The notes: a model not told the origin generated them from the sequence alone. A DNA stretch of 64,000 nucleotides from an uncultured Acidobacteriota bacterium (GCA_963796275.1 CAWCKY010000003.1:672001-736000); one strand, 5' to 3'. Positions 1 through 10,970 are shown, counted from the first letter of the stretch. Translations and numbers: made by a program.

Positions 1-54
1 GCAGTCTCAAATGATCCCCGTTTTCCATTCAAATTAGAACCAGAGGAGGTTTTT

Positions 55-3000
55 GTGCGATTCCCGAAATGCATGAAACATGTTGTCATCGGGGTGTTGT
101 TATTGACCTGTGTTGTATGGTTTGACCGAGCAATGGGTCTCTCCTCAATGGCGCAATCGAATGATGCCGACCCCATTCGCTTGCTGGTCGGGAGACTCTT
201 CGAGTCATATCAGCAGAAAGATCTTGATAAATTGATCTCCCTCTGGAGCGAGGAATCAACTTACCTGGCTGAGAACAAAAAAAACTTGCAAGGGGAATTT
301 TTCGCATATGACAAACTAAAAGTGAAGAGCTTCGATATACGTCAGACGAAGATTGATGGTGACAAAGCCACTCTGCGGGTGGTGGCCGAGATGGCACTCA
401 CCAGGGCAAAGATGTTAAAGCCCACTGAAACGCTGGCGAAGAAGAATTGGACAATCGAGTTAGTCGGCGAGGGAGGAATCTGGAAAATATGGAAATTCAT
501 TGCCAGCGAGGAAAAATTGGCTGCTGAGATCATTGCCGCGAACACAGAGGAAGATAGAAAGGTCTTAATGGAGAAAGAGCCTGAGTTACTTACTTCCGAT
601 CTTGCCACTATCCTCGCTCGCCAGAATACTTCTAACATTGCCTATCAGAAGGGCTACCAACATGCACTCGCAATCAATCAGCTCGCATCCAAACTCGCTG
701 AGAAAATTGGCGATCAATTGGTTATGGGCAAGGTGCTGTACAATACCGGATACATCTACGGTTGGCTAGGGGGACCAGAAAAATCCCCCGAAATAGCACT
801 TGGATATTATAGAAAAAGTTTGAAGATCGGTGAAGAATTTGGATTTAAAGATCTCGCACTTCGATCTCAAATGAGTTCCGCAATAGTCTATCACAGCATA
901 GGCGATCATTCACATGCCATAGAATATTATCAGCAGAGTCTCAAATCATCTGAGGAATTGGGTGATGTCATCATAACGACCCAAGTGCTGAACAATTTAG
1001 GAAGTATATACCGATTGCAGAGTAAATTAGCCCAGGCTCTGGAAGTGATGTTGATAAGTCTGAAGTTGTCTGAAAACAGACCTGCCTCTGGAACGTATTG
1101 GGCAGACATATCGAGGATTATGGCCAATATTGGCGCTACTTTTAGGGCCCAGGGCAATGTTGAACAAGCCTTGGCCTACTTCCAAAAGGCATACGAAACA
1201 TCTCAAAAAGGCGGTAAGCTAGAATCTCCTGATGCCAAGTTAGGTGTAGCTCAAATAGTTGCAGAACTTGGTTCTAGCCACTTCCAACAGGGCAACTATC
1301 CTTTGGCAAACGAGTATTATCAGAAAAGTCAGAAGCTGATGGAAGAGGTTGGAGATAGGTTATTGAATCGTAAAGATAGCTTCATTTCTTGGATCAAATC
1401 GAACATGGGTGATATTTTAGTAGCAGAAAAAAAACCACTTGATGCGATGGCTAGCTATCAGGAATCGCTCATGTTGGCAGAAAAATCGAGAGATAAAACA
1501 AGGATGGCATATCCTTTAAGCAGCCTAGGCAAGATACACCTTTTGCAGGGAGATTATCGCGGGGCATTGACTCTCGCAGAGCGAGCTGTGAAAGCTGCCG
1601 AACAAGTCAGCCAACCCGATTATTTAACAGATGCCTTGGTGATAGTGTCTCAAGCCTATCAGAAACTGGGCCACTCCGAGGACGCTCGTCAGGCATTAGC
1701 TAAAGCTATTGATGTTACTGAGCAGTTGCGTGATCAGTCGGTCGGCAACGAACTCGACCGCCAGCGCGCTTTTGAATATACGCTGACTCCATATCAGGCA
1801 ATGATCGATTTCCAGGCTGATCAGAAACAATTTACAGAAGCCTTCTCTTACGCTCAGCGTGCAAAAGGACGCACCCTCTTGGAGTTATTGCAGAATGGCC
1901 GGGTTGACATTGATAAATCGGCGTCTCCTACAGAGCGCGAGCAAGAGCAACAACATAACCAAAAAATCGTTTCTCTCAATCGCCAGGTCACCGCTGAGAA
2001 GCTGAAACCTCAACCTGATGAAAAACGCCTGGCCGAGTTTGAGGAACAGTTGAAGAAAGCACGCTTGGAATTCGAGGCGTTCCAAACCACTCTGTATGCA
2101 TCCCACCCTGAACTCAAAGTCCAGCGCGGCGAGATTCGACCATTCTCCTTTGACGATGCGGCTGACCTCATTCCTGATTCGAAGACTGCACTCCTGGATT
2201 TCATCGTCACAGACGAGAATGTCCACCTCTTCGTCCTGACCAAAGACGATTCCGCCAAACCGACCTTGAATACCTATACCGTCAAGATCGATCGCAAATC
2301 TCTGGCTGAGGAGGTCGAGCGCTACCGTCGCCGAATGGAAAACCGAGACTACGACTTCCAGGCGATCTCCAAGTATCTCTATGTCTTGCTGCTCAAACCG
2401 GCTCAGAAGCAACTGCAAAACAAATCCTCCCTCATAATCTCTCCCGATAACGTCTTATGGGATTTGCCATTCCAGGCCTTGCTATCCCCGGAGTTACGCT
2501 ATCTGATCGAAGACGCCGCGATCTCATATACACCATCTCTTTCAGTGCTCAGAGAGATGCGGCTCGCGGGCAAGAAGAATCAAACGCCGGCCAAGCCATC
2601 CTTACTGGCTCTGGGCAATCCGGCGCTGGGAAACCGGAGTAAAGACTTGGTCAAGTTTGTGAAGATGGATACGGAACTACAGCCATTGCCGGAGGCGGCG
2701 GCTCAAGTCAGAGCCTTGGGGCGATTGTACGGACCGAGGTTCAGCCGAGTCTTCACCGGCCCGGCTGCGCGCGAAGAAGTGGTCAAGCGGCAATCGGCTG
2801 ACTATCGCATTCTGCACCTGGCAACGCACGGCATCCTCAACGACGTCAGTCCGATGTACTCACACGTCATGCTGTCTCAAACGCCAGGCAAGAGTGACGA
2901 GGACGGTTTGTTGGAAGCCTGGGAGATGATGAACCTGGATCTGGACGCCGACCTGGTGGTGCTGACAGCCTGCGATACGGCCCGTGGACGAGTGGGAGCA

Positions 3001-3267
3001 GGGGAAGGGATGATCGGGATGAGTTGGGCGCTATTCGTAGCTGGATGTCCGAGGACGGTGGTCAGTCAGTGGAAGGTGGAAGCATCGAGCACGGCAGACT
3101 TGATGGTGGAGTTCCATAAGAAGTTCAAGACGAAATACGGCAGAACGCAATCAATGGTTTCCACGGCGGAGGCGATGAGACAGGCCGCCTTGAAAGTCAT
3201 GAACAATCCGGAATACGTGCACCCATTCTATTGGGGGGGATTTGTAGTGGTCGGCGATGGTAATTGA
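55..3267 (+). CDS. Secreted TPR + CHAT (caspase-like) protease with N-terminal NTF2/SnoaL-like domain
   Basis: GAGGAGG RBS before GTG start; hydrophobic signal-like N-terminus; TPR-like repeats; CHAT dyad motifs HLATHG and VLTACDT; C-terminal [12 protein letters not shown]. Confidence 0.92.
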   Translation: MRFPKCMKHVVIGVLLLTCVVWFDRAMGLSSMAQSNDADPIRLLVGRLFESYQQKDLDKLISLWSEESTYLAENKKNLQGEFFAYDKLKVKSFDIRQTKIDGDKATLRVVAEMALTRAKMLKPTETLAKKNWTIELVGEGGIWKIWKFIASEEKLAAEIIAANTEEDRKVLMEKEPELLTSDLATILARQNTSNIAYQKGYQHALAINQLASKLAEKIGDQLVMGKVLYNTGYIYGWLGGPEKSPEIALGYYRKSLKIGEEFGFKDLALRSQMSSAIVYHSIGDHSHAIEYYQQSLKSSEELGDVIITTQVLNNLGSIYRLQSKLAQALEVMLISLKLSENRPASGTYWADISRIMANIGATFRAQGNVEQALAYFQKAYETSQKGGKLESPDAKLGVAQIVAELGSSHFQQGNYPLANEYYQKSQKLMEEVGDRLLNRKDSFISWIKSNMGDILVAEKKPLDAMASYQESLMLAEKSRDKTRMAYPLSSLGKIHLLQGDYRGALTLAERAVKAAEQVSQPDYLTDALVIVSQAYQKLGHSEDARQALAKAIDVTEQLRDQSVGNELDRQRAFEYTLTPYQAMIDFQADQKQFTEAFSYAQRAKGRTLLELLQNGRVDIDKSASPTEREQEQQHNQKIVSLNRQVTAEKLKPQPDEKRLAEFEEQLKKARLEFEAFQTTLYASHPELKVQRGEIRPFSFDDAADLIPDSKTALLDFIVTDENVHLFVLTKDDSAKPTLNTYTVKIDRKSLAEEVERYRRRMENRDYDFQAISKYLYVLLLKPAQKQLQNKSSLIISPDNVLWDLPFQALLSPELRYLIEDAAISYTPSLSVLREMRLAGKKNQTPAKPSLLALGNPALGNRSKDLVKFVKMDTELQPLPEAAAQVRALGRLYGPRFSRVFTGPAAREEVVKRQSADYRILHLATHGILNDVSPMYSHVMLSQTPGKSDEDGLLEAWEMMNLDLDADLVVLTACDTARGRVGAGEGMIGMSWALFVAGCPRTVVSQWKVEASSTADLMVEFHKKFKTKYGRTQSMVSTAEAMRQAALKVMNNPEYVHPFYWGGFVVVGDGN

Positions 3268-3291
3268 ACGGGTTCGACGCAGAGCCACATA

Positions 3292-3700
3292 GTGCAACCA
3301 TTCAGCTTTAAAGACCAGCGCTATTCAGCCGATAAAGTCCTAAAACATTATTATTCTATTAAATTGGTAGTAGTCGTGTTTTCTACGTCTTATACACATG
3401 ACGAGAGCAAGAATTATGTCTCCGCAACAGAGTTTGACAAAAGGTTCTCGATATTAAGGGTGCATATACACATCCACGAGTGAAAGAGAAAGGTTATTGC
3501 ATCTGGCTCCGCAATCCGTCTCGGCTCCATACAAGAGGGATAAAATAACCGTGATAGGCGATGAGGCGTATCTACTGAAAATCTACAAGGGAGAGAGTAT
3601 GGTTCTGTTTAGAAAGCCAAACGTAGTCATATATGTGGAAACATCTACGTCAGATGCGGAGACTTTTGCCAAACTGATGGATTCATTACTGCTGCCTTGA
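3292..3700 (+). pseudogene. Fragmented hypothetical gene (two short ORFs, 3292-3483 and 3497-3700)
   Basis: Distal ORF (IGDEAY...LFRKPNVVIYV...AETFAK) reads like the C-terminal part of a real small exported protein; no good start; AT-rich. Confidence 0.35.
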
Positions 3701-3843
3701 GTTCGGTGGGTTTCCGTTGCTGACTGTGGAATAGTCTCACAGACTGTGATTGATTCGCTCATTACCTCAGGGTTATAGCTGTTGGGACCTGTCAGACACC
3801 CTTAGTTACAATGTTGACAATAGGTCATTCAGGAGGATATCCC

Positions 3844-4395
3844 ATGCTTACATTGCTATATCGTCTGTTCGTTTGTCTCCTCTTCTGCTCACTTTTCATT
3901 GTTAGAGCTAATTCCCAAATCCTCCCACAAACAGAAGATCAAGAGACGATCAAACTCAAAACCGAGCTCGTCGTCGTCGACGCCCTGGTGAGAGATAAGA
4001 AGAGCCGCGAGATCATCACCGGCCTCAAACTTCAAGATTTTGAACTATTTGAAGACGGCGCGAAACAACAGGTCGAATTCTTCGGTCAGGACAAGTTGCC
4101 GATATCTTTAGTGTTACTTCTGGACATAAGCGGGAGCGTCAAACCGGTGATCGAAAAGATTCGTGAAGGGGCTTTGCAGACATTGCAGCGTCTGAAGCCA
4201 GAAGACGAGGTTGCGCTCATGGTCTTCTCCGGCATGACCGAGTTGATCCAGGACTTCACCAAAGACCGGGAGTTGGTTCAGAAGAAATTGGCTCAGGCGC
4301 TGGAGAAGCCCGGCGGCGGCACGCGCATCCACGAGGTGCCGCCGATACAGTATGATGCGCCGGATGCCGGTAATCCGGAAGCTGAACGGGAGTAG
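3844..4395 (+). pseudogene. Truncated acidobacterial VWA-domain protein
   Basis: AGGAGG at 3831, ATG at 3844; signal peptide; ELVVVDALVRDK...GL...DFELFEDG..Q; MIDAS DxSxS (LLDISGS); similarity stops after GGGTRIHE, before the rest of the VWA fold. Confidence 0.75.
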
Positions 4396-4397
4396 AA

Positions 4398-4758
4398 TGG
4401 CTGACTCAGTATGCCATCTCTGCGTACTCAATTGAGCTTGCCCCAATTTCCCTCACAGACTAGAGACAGAGGAGTTTTTGTGCGATTACCAAAATATCTG
4501 TCAGGTCTCATTGTGCTGTTGTTAATGACCGGTATCGTTTGCTTCGACCATCCCCTGAGCGACTTCTCTCTGGCGCAATCGAATGATGCGAATGGCGCTG
4601 ATGCCATTCGCGTTGTAGTCGGGAAACTCTTTGAGTTATATCAACAGAAAGACCTCGACAATTTGATCTCCTTCGGGAGCTGTTCTGCTAGGGTCCGGAT
4701 CATCACCTATTCGCCGTTTTATTTCTCCAGAGCTATTCATGCCAATAATCTCTTGTAG
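4398..4758 (+). pseudogene. 5' remnant of a TPR-CHAT gene (leader, signal peptide, start of NTF2-like domain)
   Basis: 4398-4680 aligns closely at DNA level with 11350-11631 (leader and first ~65 codons of the second CHAT gene), then diverges. Confidence 0.85.
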
Positions 4759-4974
4759 ATTATTATTCTATAAAATTGGTATTGGCCGTGTTTTTCCACG
4801 TCTTATATCCATGACAGCAACAGGCGCGTTATCACCACAACCTATGTTGCCATTAATAATCGTAAGGGGATTGAGGGAGATGGCTATAAGACTCTGATAG
4901 TTGGGTAAAAGGAGAAATATATGAGCCCAATGGGGATTCATCTGACACGAGGTTCGCATTTTTACCTGGTGGCG

Positions 4975-5085
4975 GCTTCTCTGTGGCGCAAACAAACGAA
5001 GTCGATGCCATTCGCATTCTCGTCGAGAGGCTCTTCAAGTCATATCAGCAAAAAGACCTCGAGCGATCGTTCTCACTTTTCGGCC
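4975..5085 (+). pseudogene. Second, more diverged 5' remnant of a TPR-CHAT gene
   Basis: AQTNEVDAIRILVERLFKSYQQKDLE matches [26 protein letters not shown] of the CHAT proteins. Confidence 0.8.
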
Positions 5086-5160
5086 CTGTCAGCTACTGTG
5101 TAGTCAATGTCGGTACACGGGCTGAGAATGTACAAAATGTTATTCGAATAGGAGCCAAAC

Positions 5161-8100
5161 ATGCCGATTAAGAGATCAGTTATTGCAACGTGTGTATTGT
5201 CAAAGTGGGCGGCCTTCTTATTTGTTATTTTGGCCGGGATTCTCATTTTTTCATGGGGGCAGCGTTCCTTCGCGGCGCGACAGGCAGCAGCGCAGGCTGG
5301 CGCTCTAGGATCCCAGTTCTCATCACGCGTGCCAGCGAGCCAATCCTCGGGCACAACCAGTCGCCAGATCCCTGCGACCCGCGAAAATTTCGATGCGCGA
5401 GCCGGCCATCAACGGACGCTCGTCATGCCGCCCGGTGCCGGTACTGCTGCGACCAATGCGGGAGCGGCGCCACGCGGCGCAGGGCAAACCGTTCAGGTCT
5501 CCCGCCTTAAGCAGTCGCGTCCCAGCGTCGGTATGCGATGGAGTTCGTTGACCGGTACGCCGAGCCGTCTATACAGCCACACCGATACCCTGAGTGATCC
5601 GACAACGGGTGACGCCGGGGCTGTGGCGCGCGGCTTCCTCAAGGGTAATGATGACCTCTTTCGGTTAAGCGTCGCCGAAGTGGATGGGCTGAAGGAAGAA
5701 CGCCGATACCGGACCGAGCACAATGGCGTGACCCACCTGACGCTCCAGCAGGAGATCGGCGGAATCGAAATCTTTCAATCTGCAATGACCATGCACCTCA
5801 ACCGCGAGGGCGCTATTATCTCGGCCAGCGGCGAATTGATGCCCGGCGCGGCGCGGTCGGTCAATCTCAGTCAACCGAAGATCCCGGCTGTCGAGGCTTT
5901 GCGCATTGCAGCGGAACAATCCGGTGCCGAACTCAAAGAGCAGCCCCGATGGACTCTGTCGCCCGGGGGCGCCGAGGCACGCCAGGAGTTTGCCGGCGGC
6001 GAGAGCTTCGAACGGGACGTCAAGGCGAGGCTCGTCTACTTCCCGGTTGCCCCCGAGCAGGTGCGTCTGGCGTGGGAATTCGTGATCTGGATGCGCGAGA
6101 CGCCTGATGTCTATTTGATTCTGATCGATGCGGAGCAGAACAGCATGCTCTTCCGTCAAAATCTGACCAGCTACGAGGAGAATCCGCTGCGACCACATGG
6201 ATTGGTCTACACTGGAGACAGCCCGCGTCCGGATGTGCCACACACCAGCGACTCACCGCCGACCGTCGAGCGCCAGGACGTACCGTTCAACGCGACGTCT
6301 TTCAACGGAGCGACGATCTTCCAGCCGAGCGATCCGCATTACGATTGGTGGGCGGGCAACCCGGCCAGCGGTTTGATCAGCAACAACGCGGATGCGCGGC
6401 TGGACCGCGATTCTATCCAGAACCAGCCGGACCTGCCGCGGTTGGAAGCTCCGGACGGCAATTTCTCATTCCCGGTCGATCTGGCGATCGAGCCGACGGC
6501 CGCGACCAATCCGCAGGCGGCGCAGGTCAATCTCTTCTACTGGATCAACCGCTATCACGATATTCTTTACTCATTCGGTTTCAATGAAGCGGCCGGTAAC
6601 TTTCAGACCGACAACTTCGGGCTTGGTGGAATGGTCAACGATGCAGTGATCGGTGACGCACAGGACGGCATCGGTATTAACAACGCCAACTTCTCGACGC
6701 CGCCGGATGGTCAGTCCGGTCGGGTTCAAATGTTTCTCTGGAATTTGGCCTCGCCTCAGCTCGATGGGTCCTTCGATCAGGGGGTCGTCATTCACGAACT
6801 GACTCATGGTTTGAGCAACCGGCTGGTCGGTAACGCGCTTGGGCTGGGCGCCTTCCAGAGTCGGAGTATGGGAGAGGGTTGGTCGGATTTCCTCAGTCTA
6901 GCATTGTTGCGGATCGAGCAAGACGACCCGCGTGGTGCGTACCCGGTCGGCGGGTATGTCACCAACGATTATGCCCGTGGAGTCCGCCGCTATCCCTACA
7001 GCACCGATCTGCAGGTCAATCCGCTGACCTTCAGAAACCTGGGTGAAGTTCTGGCAGTTCATGCGGGAGGAGAGATCTGGTGCAGTATGTTGTGGGAGAT
7101 GCGGGCACTCTTGATCGAGCGATACGGTTTTAGTGAAGGGCAGCGGCAGTCTATCCAACTGGTAGTCGACGGATTGAAGATGACCCCCACGGACCCGAGC
7201 TTTATCGATGCGCGGGATGCGATCATGCTCGCCGACCGCGTGAATAATCAGGGTGCGAATGGATGTCTGATCTGGAAAGCATTCGCTAAGCGGGGCATGG
7301 GAATTAACGCCAGCACACTGGGCGCCTCGGAGATTGCCACCGTCGAATCTTTCGAGGTCGCGCCTAATTGCAGCACTCTCGGCTCGCTGCTCCTGGATAA
7401 GATCAGTTATGTCGATAACGAGACGGTCCATATCACGCTGGGCGACAGTAATGCCAGGACTCCGGTGATGGTCGATGTAAGGAGTTCCAAAACCGGCGAC
7501 CGGGAGAGAATCAGGCTGGAGCCCGATGCCTCCATATCCGGTCTCTTCGTCGGTTCGATTCGCCTTGATGGCGGCCGTGCCAGGGAGGGTGATGGCATGC
7601 TTCAGGGATCGGATGAGGCCAGGGATCAGATCAGAGTTGTCTATCTGGACCGCGACACCGATCTTCGCAACTCCGCGCTCGTCTCGGCCACCGCTGAATG
7701 GGCGCGTGAACTGGTGATCCTGGACGACGATGTCGAGCGGGGAAACCAGACCTGGCTGACTAATATCAGCTGGGCAATCACCGGCGAGCTTTCCGGCTCT
7801 CCCACGCACTCCTGGCGCATCAGCGGCGCGTCCTTTGACCCGCTCCTGCTGAATGATCTCTCAATCACCTCGCCGTTGCTCGATCTGACAGGTCTTGGTG
7901 AAGTCACTCTTTCCTTCTCGCAAAGCCGCCAGCTTACCGGCGCCCGCAGCACGAGCTCCGGGCGGGTCGAGATATCCATCGACGATGGCGTAACGTGGAC
8001 CGCGGTCAAAACGTTCAACGATAACCAAACTGGCTTTGCCCCTTCGCAGGTGTTGTTGTCGGGATTGAATGGTCAGGCGAAGGCGCGTCTGCGATTCCGG

Positions 8101-10968
8101 TTGGTGGCTCCGCAGTTGAGCATAACCCCGGTTTTCTGGGCGGTTGACGATATACGTCTCACAGCGCGTTCTGCAGATCCGCGAGTCATCCCGCCGGGTG
8201 ATGCGCCGGCGCCGATCATTACTGCAACCAGTCCTGCTTTCGGACTGCCGGGCGGCGGCACGCAGGTGATTATCAGCGGTGCGAACTTCACCGAAAGCGA
8301 TGACACGAGTGTCACCTTTGATGGTCTTCCGGCCGCACAGGTGACAGTACTGGGCAGCTCAACTATTACGGCAGTCACCCCAGCGCATAGCGCCGGACCT
8401 GTCAACGTACGCGTCATCAATCGCCGGGGTACGGCCAGGCTGTCGAGGGGGTTCACCTACTACGAGCCGGGCAGCGCCACCAGGCAGCCGGTGCTCGGTA
8501 ACGTCTCTCCTGGTTCCGGCTCCGTGCTGGGTGGAACGTCCGTAACATTGACCGGGACGAACTTCACGCCTGAAACATCGGTCAGCTTCGGCTCGCAAGA
8601 GGCGCCGGTCACATTCATTAATGGCAACACTCTGCGGGTATTTGCGCCGGCGGCTTCAACGATAGGGGCTGTCGATGTCACAGTTCGGAATGGCAGCCGG
8701 CAGATGACACGCACCGGCGCCTACCGATATATTGCAGCCACACCGCCCGCGGTGCAGGTGCTCAGTCCGCAAGACGGCGAGAATTTTTACACGGGCAGTC
8801 TGCTTACTATTCGCTGGCAATCGTCTGGTAATCGCGAGCTCGTGACACAGCGCATCAGGCTCACGTACCTGCCGGCCATCGGATTACCCACAGAACGGAC
8901 TATCGATATCGTGCTCGAACTGGGCGGCGATTCGCGCTCATTCACCTGGGAAGTGCCGACTGCCCTCCCGCCCGCTACGCAGGCACGCATCTACGTTACG
9001 GCAATCGACGATGAGGGCGCTGAGACGGAGGCGGTTTCAGGCCAGTTTGCGATCTTGCGGCGCTGGGAGACGAATACGAATCTGTCGCAATTTCTCCCAA
9101 CTGGGCAGTATGTCGCCGATGACAAATACCTCTACGGCATCGGACAGGTGTTGCAATTGGGCTCACCGCCGGAAAATAAGATCGTTCGCTACGACCCGGA
9201 GACAAATGTCTGGACGGATCAGGGGCTTGCCTTGCCGCCGTCCATTCTTGGGAACGCTCGGGCTGTTTTCCTCAATGGCAAGATCTATATTCCGGGAGGA
9301 ACCATTCCCGGCCCCGCTATAACACCGCTTCACCTCGCTTACGATATAGCCGCGAATACGTGGTCGACTCAGGCCGAGGTGCCGAACCCGACGGCTCTTT
9401 ACGCGCTTACCGAGGATAATGCGCGGGGCGTCTACTATCATACCGGCGGGATCACTCTTACGGCCTACTCAGCGGCATTCAAGATGTATGATCCGTCGTC
9501 AAACGCTTGGACGGACCTGCCGCCGATGAATTCGGCCCGTGTCACCCACAATGCTGCGGTGATCGAAGGAAAACTTTATATAGCCGGGGGCATTGGTCCC
9601 TCCGGTGCTCTCCTGGGCGGCGAGGTCTACGATTTTGAGACCAGGCAGTGGTCGCCGATTGCGCCGCTCAGCCGTCCTCGGATGAACGCCCAGGCTGCTA
9701 TCGTCGAAGATGCGGCTGGAAATCCATTCTGGCTCTTCATTGGCGGGGCTGCTGCGAACGATGCGGAGGTCTACGATGTCCGTAACAACCGCTGGATCGA
9801 GCTCGATAATTCATTCGTGCTGACCCCTATTTCTCTCAATCCCGGTGGTCCTACGTTGTCGCGACCACTGACCGGGAGCGGGGTTATCGGCGGATTTTTC
9901 TATACCGTCTCGGCCCCTATCGATGTCTCCCGATTGTCTGTTGCCCCGCTGGAGATATCCGTCTCTGATCGACCTCCGATTCTCACCGTGCCCGTGACAC
10001 AGGTCGGAGCCGCGAATACAAAGATGGAGTTTAATATTTCGGCCAGCGATCTCGGCTCGGGAGTGCCTCTCTCGATCACTGCAGATGGGCTGCCTGCGCG
10101 TGCGCGTTTCACGACAGAGGTCATCACCAACAACAGGACGGAGGGTACATTCAAATGGATCCCGACCGCCGCCGATGTCGGAAGCAGTTTCAATCTCGCC
10201 TTCACCGCGAGCGATGGGCGGTCGAGCGATACGAGAGTGGTCAATGTGCGGGTGGTCGAATGCTCGGCATTGACACTGGCTAACGCCGCTGGGGCTAAAG
10301 AGGGACGGCTGACGGCCGACTCAATCGCTACGGCTTTCGGCGCCAATCTCGCCATCGGCGTCAAGACGGCCGAGTCGGAGCAGTTGCCGTTTGAGTTGGC
10401 GGGCACCACCGTCACTATCAACGGTATTCCAGCCCCGGTATTTTCCGTCTCACCTGACCGGGTCGACTTCCTCGTCCCGCCGACTGTCGAGCCGGGCGAG
10501 GCGACCGTTGTCATTCGCAATCCGGGAGGGAGTTACTCGATCGGGACCACCCAGATTGTGGATGTAGCGCCTGCGATCCTCGCCGGTGGCGCGGGGGGAA
10601 ACAGTGACACCGACACCGCACCATTCGCCCTCGGCAATGGGAGCAATGGAATCGGTTTAAGGCTGCCGAGATTGGAGAGGCTTACCGGTCGCAGGCCGGA
10701 TATTCTCACCCTATATGCCACCGGCATCCGCCGTGCACGGGCTGCCAATCCGAACGACGAGAACGGCGTTGCCGAATCGGTCGAGGTGATGATCGGCGGA
10801 TACACGGCACGTGTCCTCTACGCCGGCGCACATGCCAGGTTGAGGGGTCTGGATCAGATCATAGTCGAGATTCCTGCCGGCCTGGCCGGGACAGGGCAGC
10901 GACAGGTCGAAGTCGTGGTCTCGGTCGACGGTGTCTTTGCCGATCGTACGGTGATCTCACTTAAATGA
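5161..10968 (+). CDS. Large secreted M36 (fungalysin) metallopeptidase with FTP propeptide, two IPT/TIG domains, Kelch repeats and Solibacter-type C-terminal domain
   Basis: HELTHGLSNRL zinc motif, GEGWSDF, HAGGEIW; IPT repeats (GGT.V.I.G.NF); Kelch GG motifs; C-terminal SIATAFG.NLA...LPFELAGTTVTING...GLDQI. Confidence 0.9.
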   Translation: MPIKRSVIATCVLSKWAAFLFVILAGILIFSWGQRSFAARQAAAQAGALGSQFSSRVPASQSSGTTSRQIPATRENFDARAGHQRTLVMPPGAGTAATNAGAAPRGAGQTVQVSRLKQSRPSVGMRWSSLTGTPSRLYSHTDTLSDPTTGDAGAVARGFLKGNDDLFRLSVAEVDGLKEERRYRTEHNGVTHLTLQQEIGGIEIFQSAMTMHLNREGAIISASGELMPGAARSVNLSQPKIPAVEALRIAAEQSGAELKEQPRWTLSPGGAEARQEFAGGESFERDVKARLVYFPVAPEQVRLAWEFVIWMRETPDVYLILIDAEQNSMLFRQNLTSYEENPLRPHGLVYTGDSPRPDVPHTSDSPPTVERQDVPFNATSFNGATIFQPSDPHYDWWAGNPASGLISNNADARLDRDSIQNQPDLPRLEAPDGNFSFPVDLAIEPTAATNPQAAQVNLFYWINRYHDILYSFGFNEAAGNFQTDNFGLGGMVNDAVIGDAQDGIGINNANFSTPPDGQSGRVQMFLWNLASPQLDGSFDQGVVIHELTHGLSNRLVGNALGLGAFQSRSMGEGWSDFLSLALLRIEQDDPRGAYPVGGYVTNDYARGVRRYPYSTDLQVNPLTFRNLGEVLAVHAGGEIWCSMLWEMRALLIERYGFSEGQRQSIQLVVDGLKMTPTDPSFIDARDAIMLADRVNNQGANGCLIWKAFAKRGMGINASTLGASEIATVESFEVAPNCSTLGSLLLDKISYVDNETVHITLGDSNARTPVMVDVRSSKTGDRERIRLEPDASISGLFVGSIRLDGGRAREGDGMLQGSDEARDQIRVVYLDRDTDLRNSALVSATAEWARELVILDDDVERGNQTWLTNISWAITGELSGSPTHSWRISGASFDPLLLNDLSITSPLLDLTGLGEVTLSFSQSRQLTGARSTSSGRVEISIDDGVTWTAVKTFNDNQTGFAPSQVLLSGLNGQAKARLRFRLVAPQLSITPVFWAVDDIRLTARSADPRVIPPGDAPAPIITATSPAFGLPGGGTQVIISGANFTESDDTSVTFDGLPAAQVTVLGSSTITAVTPAHSAGPVNVRVINRRGTARLSRGFTYYEPGSATRQPVLGNVSPGSGSVLGGTSVTLTGTNFTPETSVSFGSQEAPVTFINGNTLRVFAPAASTIGAVDVTVRNGSRQMTRTGAYRYIAATPPAVQVLSPQDGENFYTGSLLTIRWQSSGNRELVTQRIRLTYLPAIGLPTERTIDIVLELGGDSRSFTWEVPTALPPATQARIYVTAIDDEGAETEAVSGQFAILRRWETNTNLSQFLPTGQYVADDKYLYGIGQVLQLGSPPENKIVRYDPETNVWTDQGLALPPSILGNARAVFLNGKIYIPGGTIPGPAITPLHLAYDIAANTWSTQAEVPNPTALYALTEDNARGVYYHTGGITLTAYSAAFKMYDPSSNAWTDLPPMNSARVTHNAAVIEGKLYIAGGIGPSGALLGGEVYDFETRQWSPIAPLSRPRMNAQAAIVEDAAGNPFWLFIGGAAANDAEVYDVRNNRWIELDNSFVLTPISLNPGGPTLSRPLTGSGVIGGFFYTVSAPIDVSRLSVAPLEISVSDRPPILTVPVTQVGAANTKMEFNISASDLGSGVPLSITADGLPARARFTTEVITNNRTEGTFKWIPTAADVGSSFNLAFTASDGRSSDTRVVNVRVVECSALTLANAAGAKEGRLTADSIATAFGANLAIGVKTAESEQLPFELAGTTVTINGIPAPVFSVSPDRVDFLVPPTVEPGEATVVIRNPGGSYSIGTTQIVDVAPAILAGGAGGNSDTDTAPFALGNGSNGIGLRLPRLERLTGRRPDILTLYATGIRRARAANPNDENGVAESVEVMIGGYTARVLYAGAHARLRGLDQIIVEIPAGLAGTGQRQVEVVVSVDGVFADRTVISLK

Positions 10969-10970
10969 AG

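Noticed and set aside
6898-7809. 303-aa antisense ORF and similar ones inside the kinase, proS and receptor genes
   Set aside because: Antisense shadows of GC-rich coding sequence.
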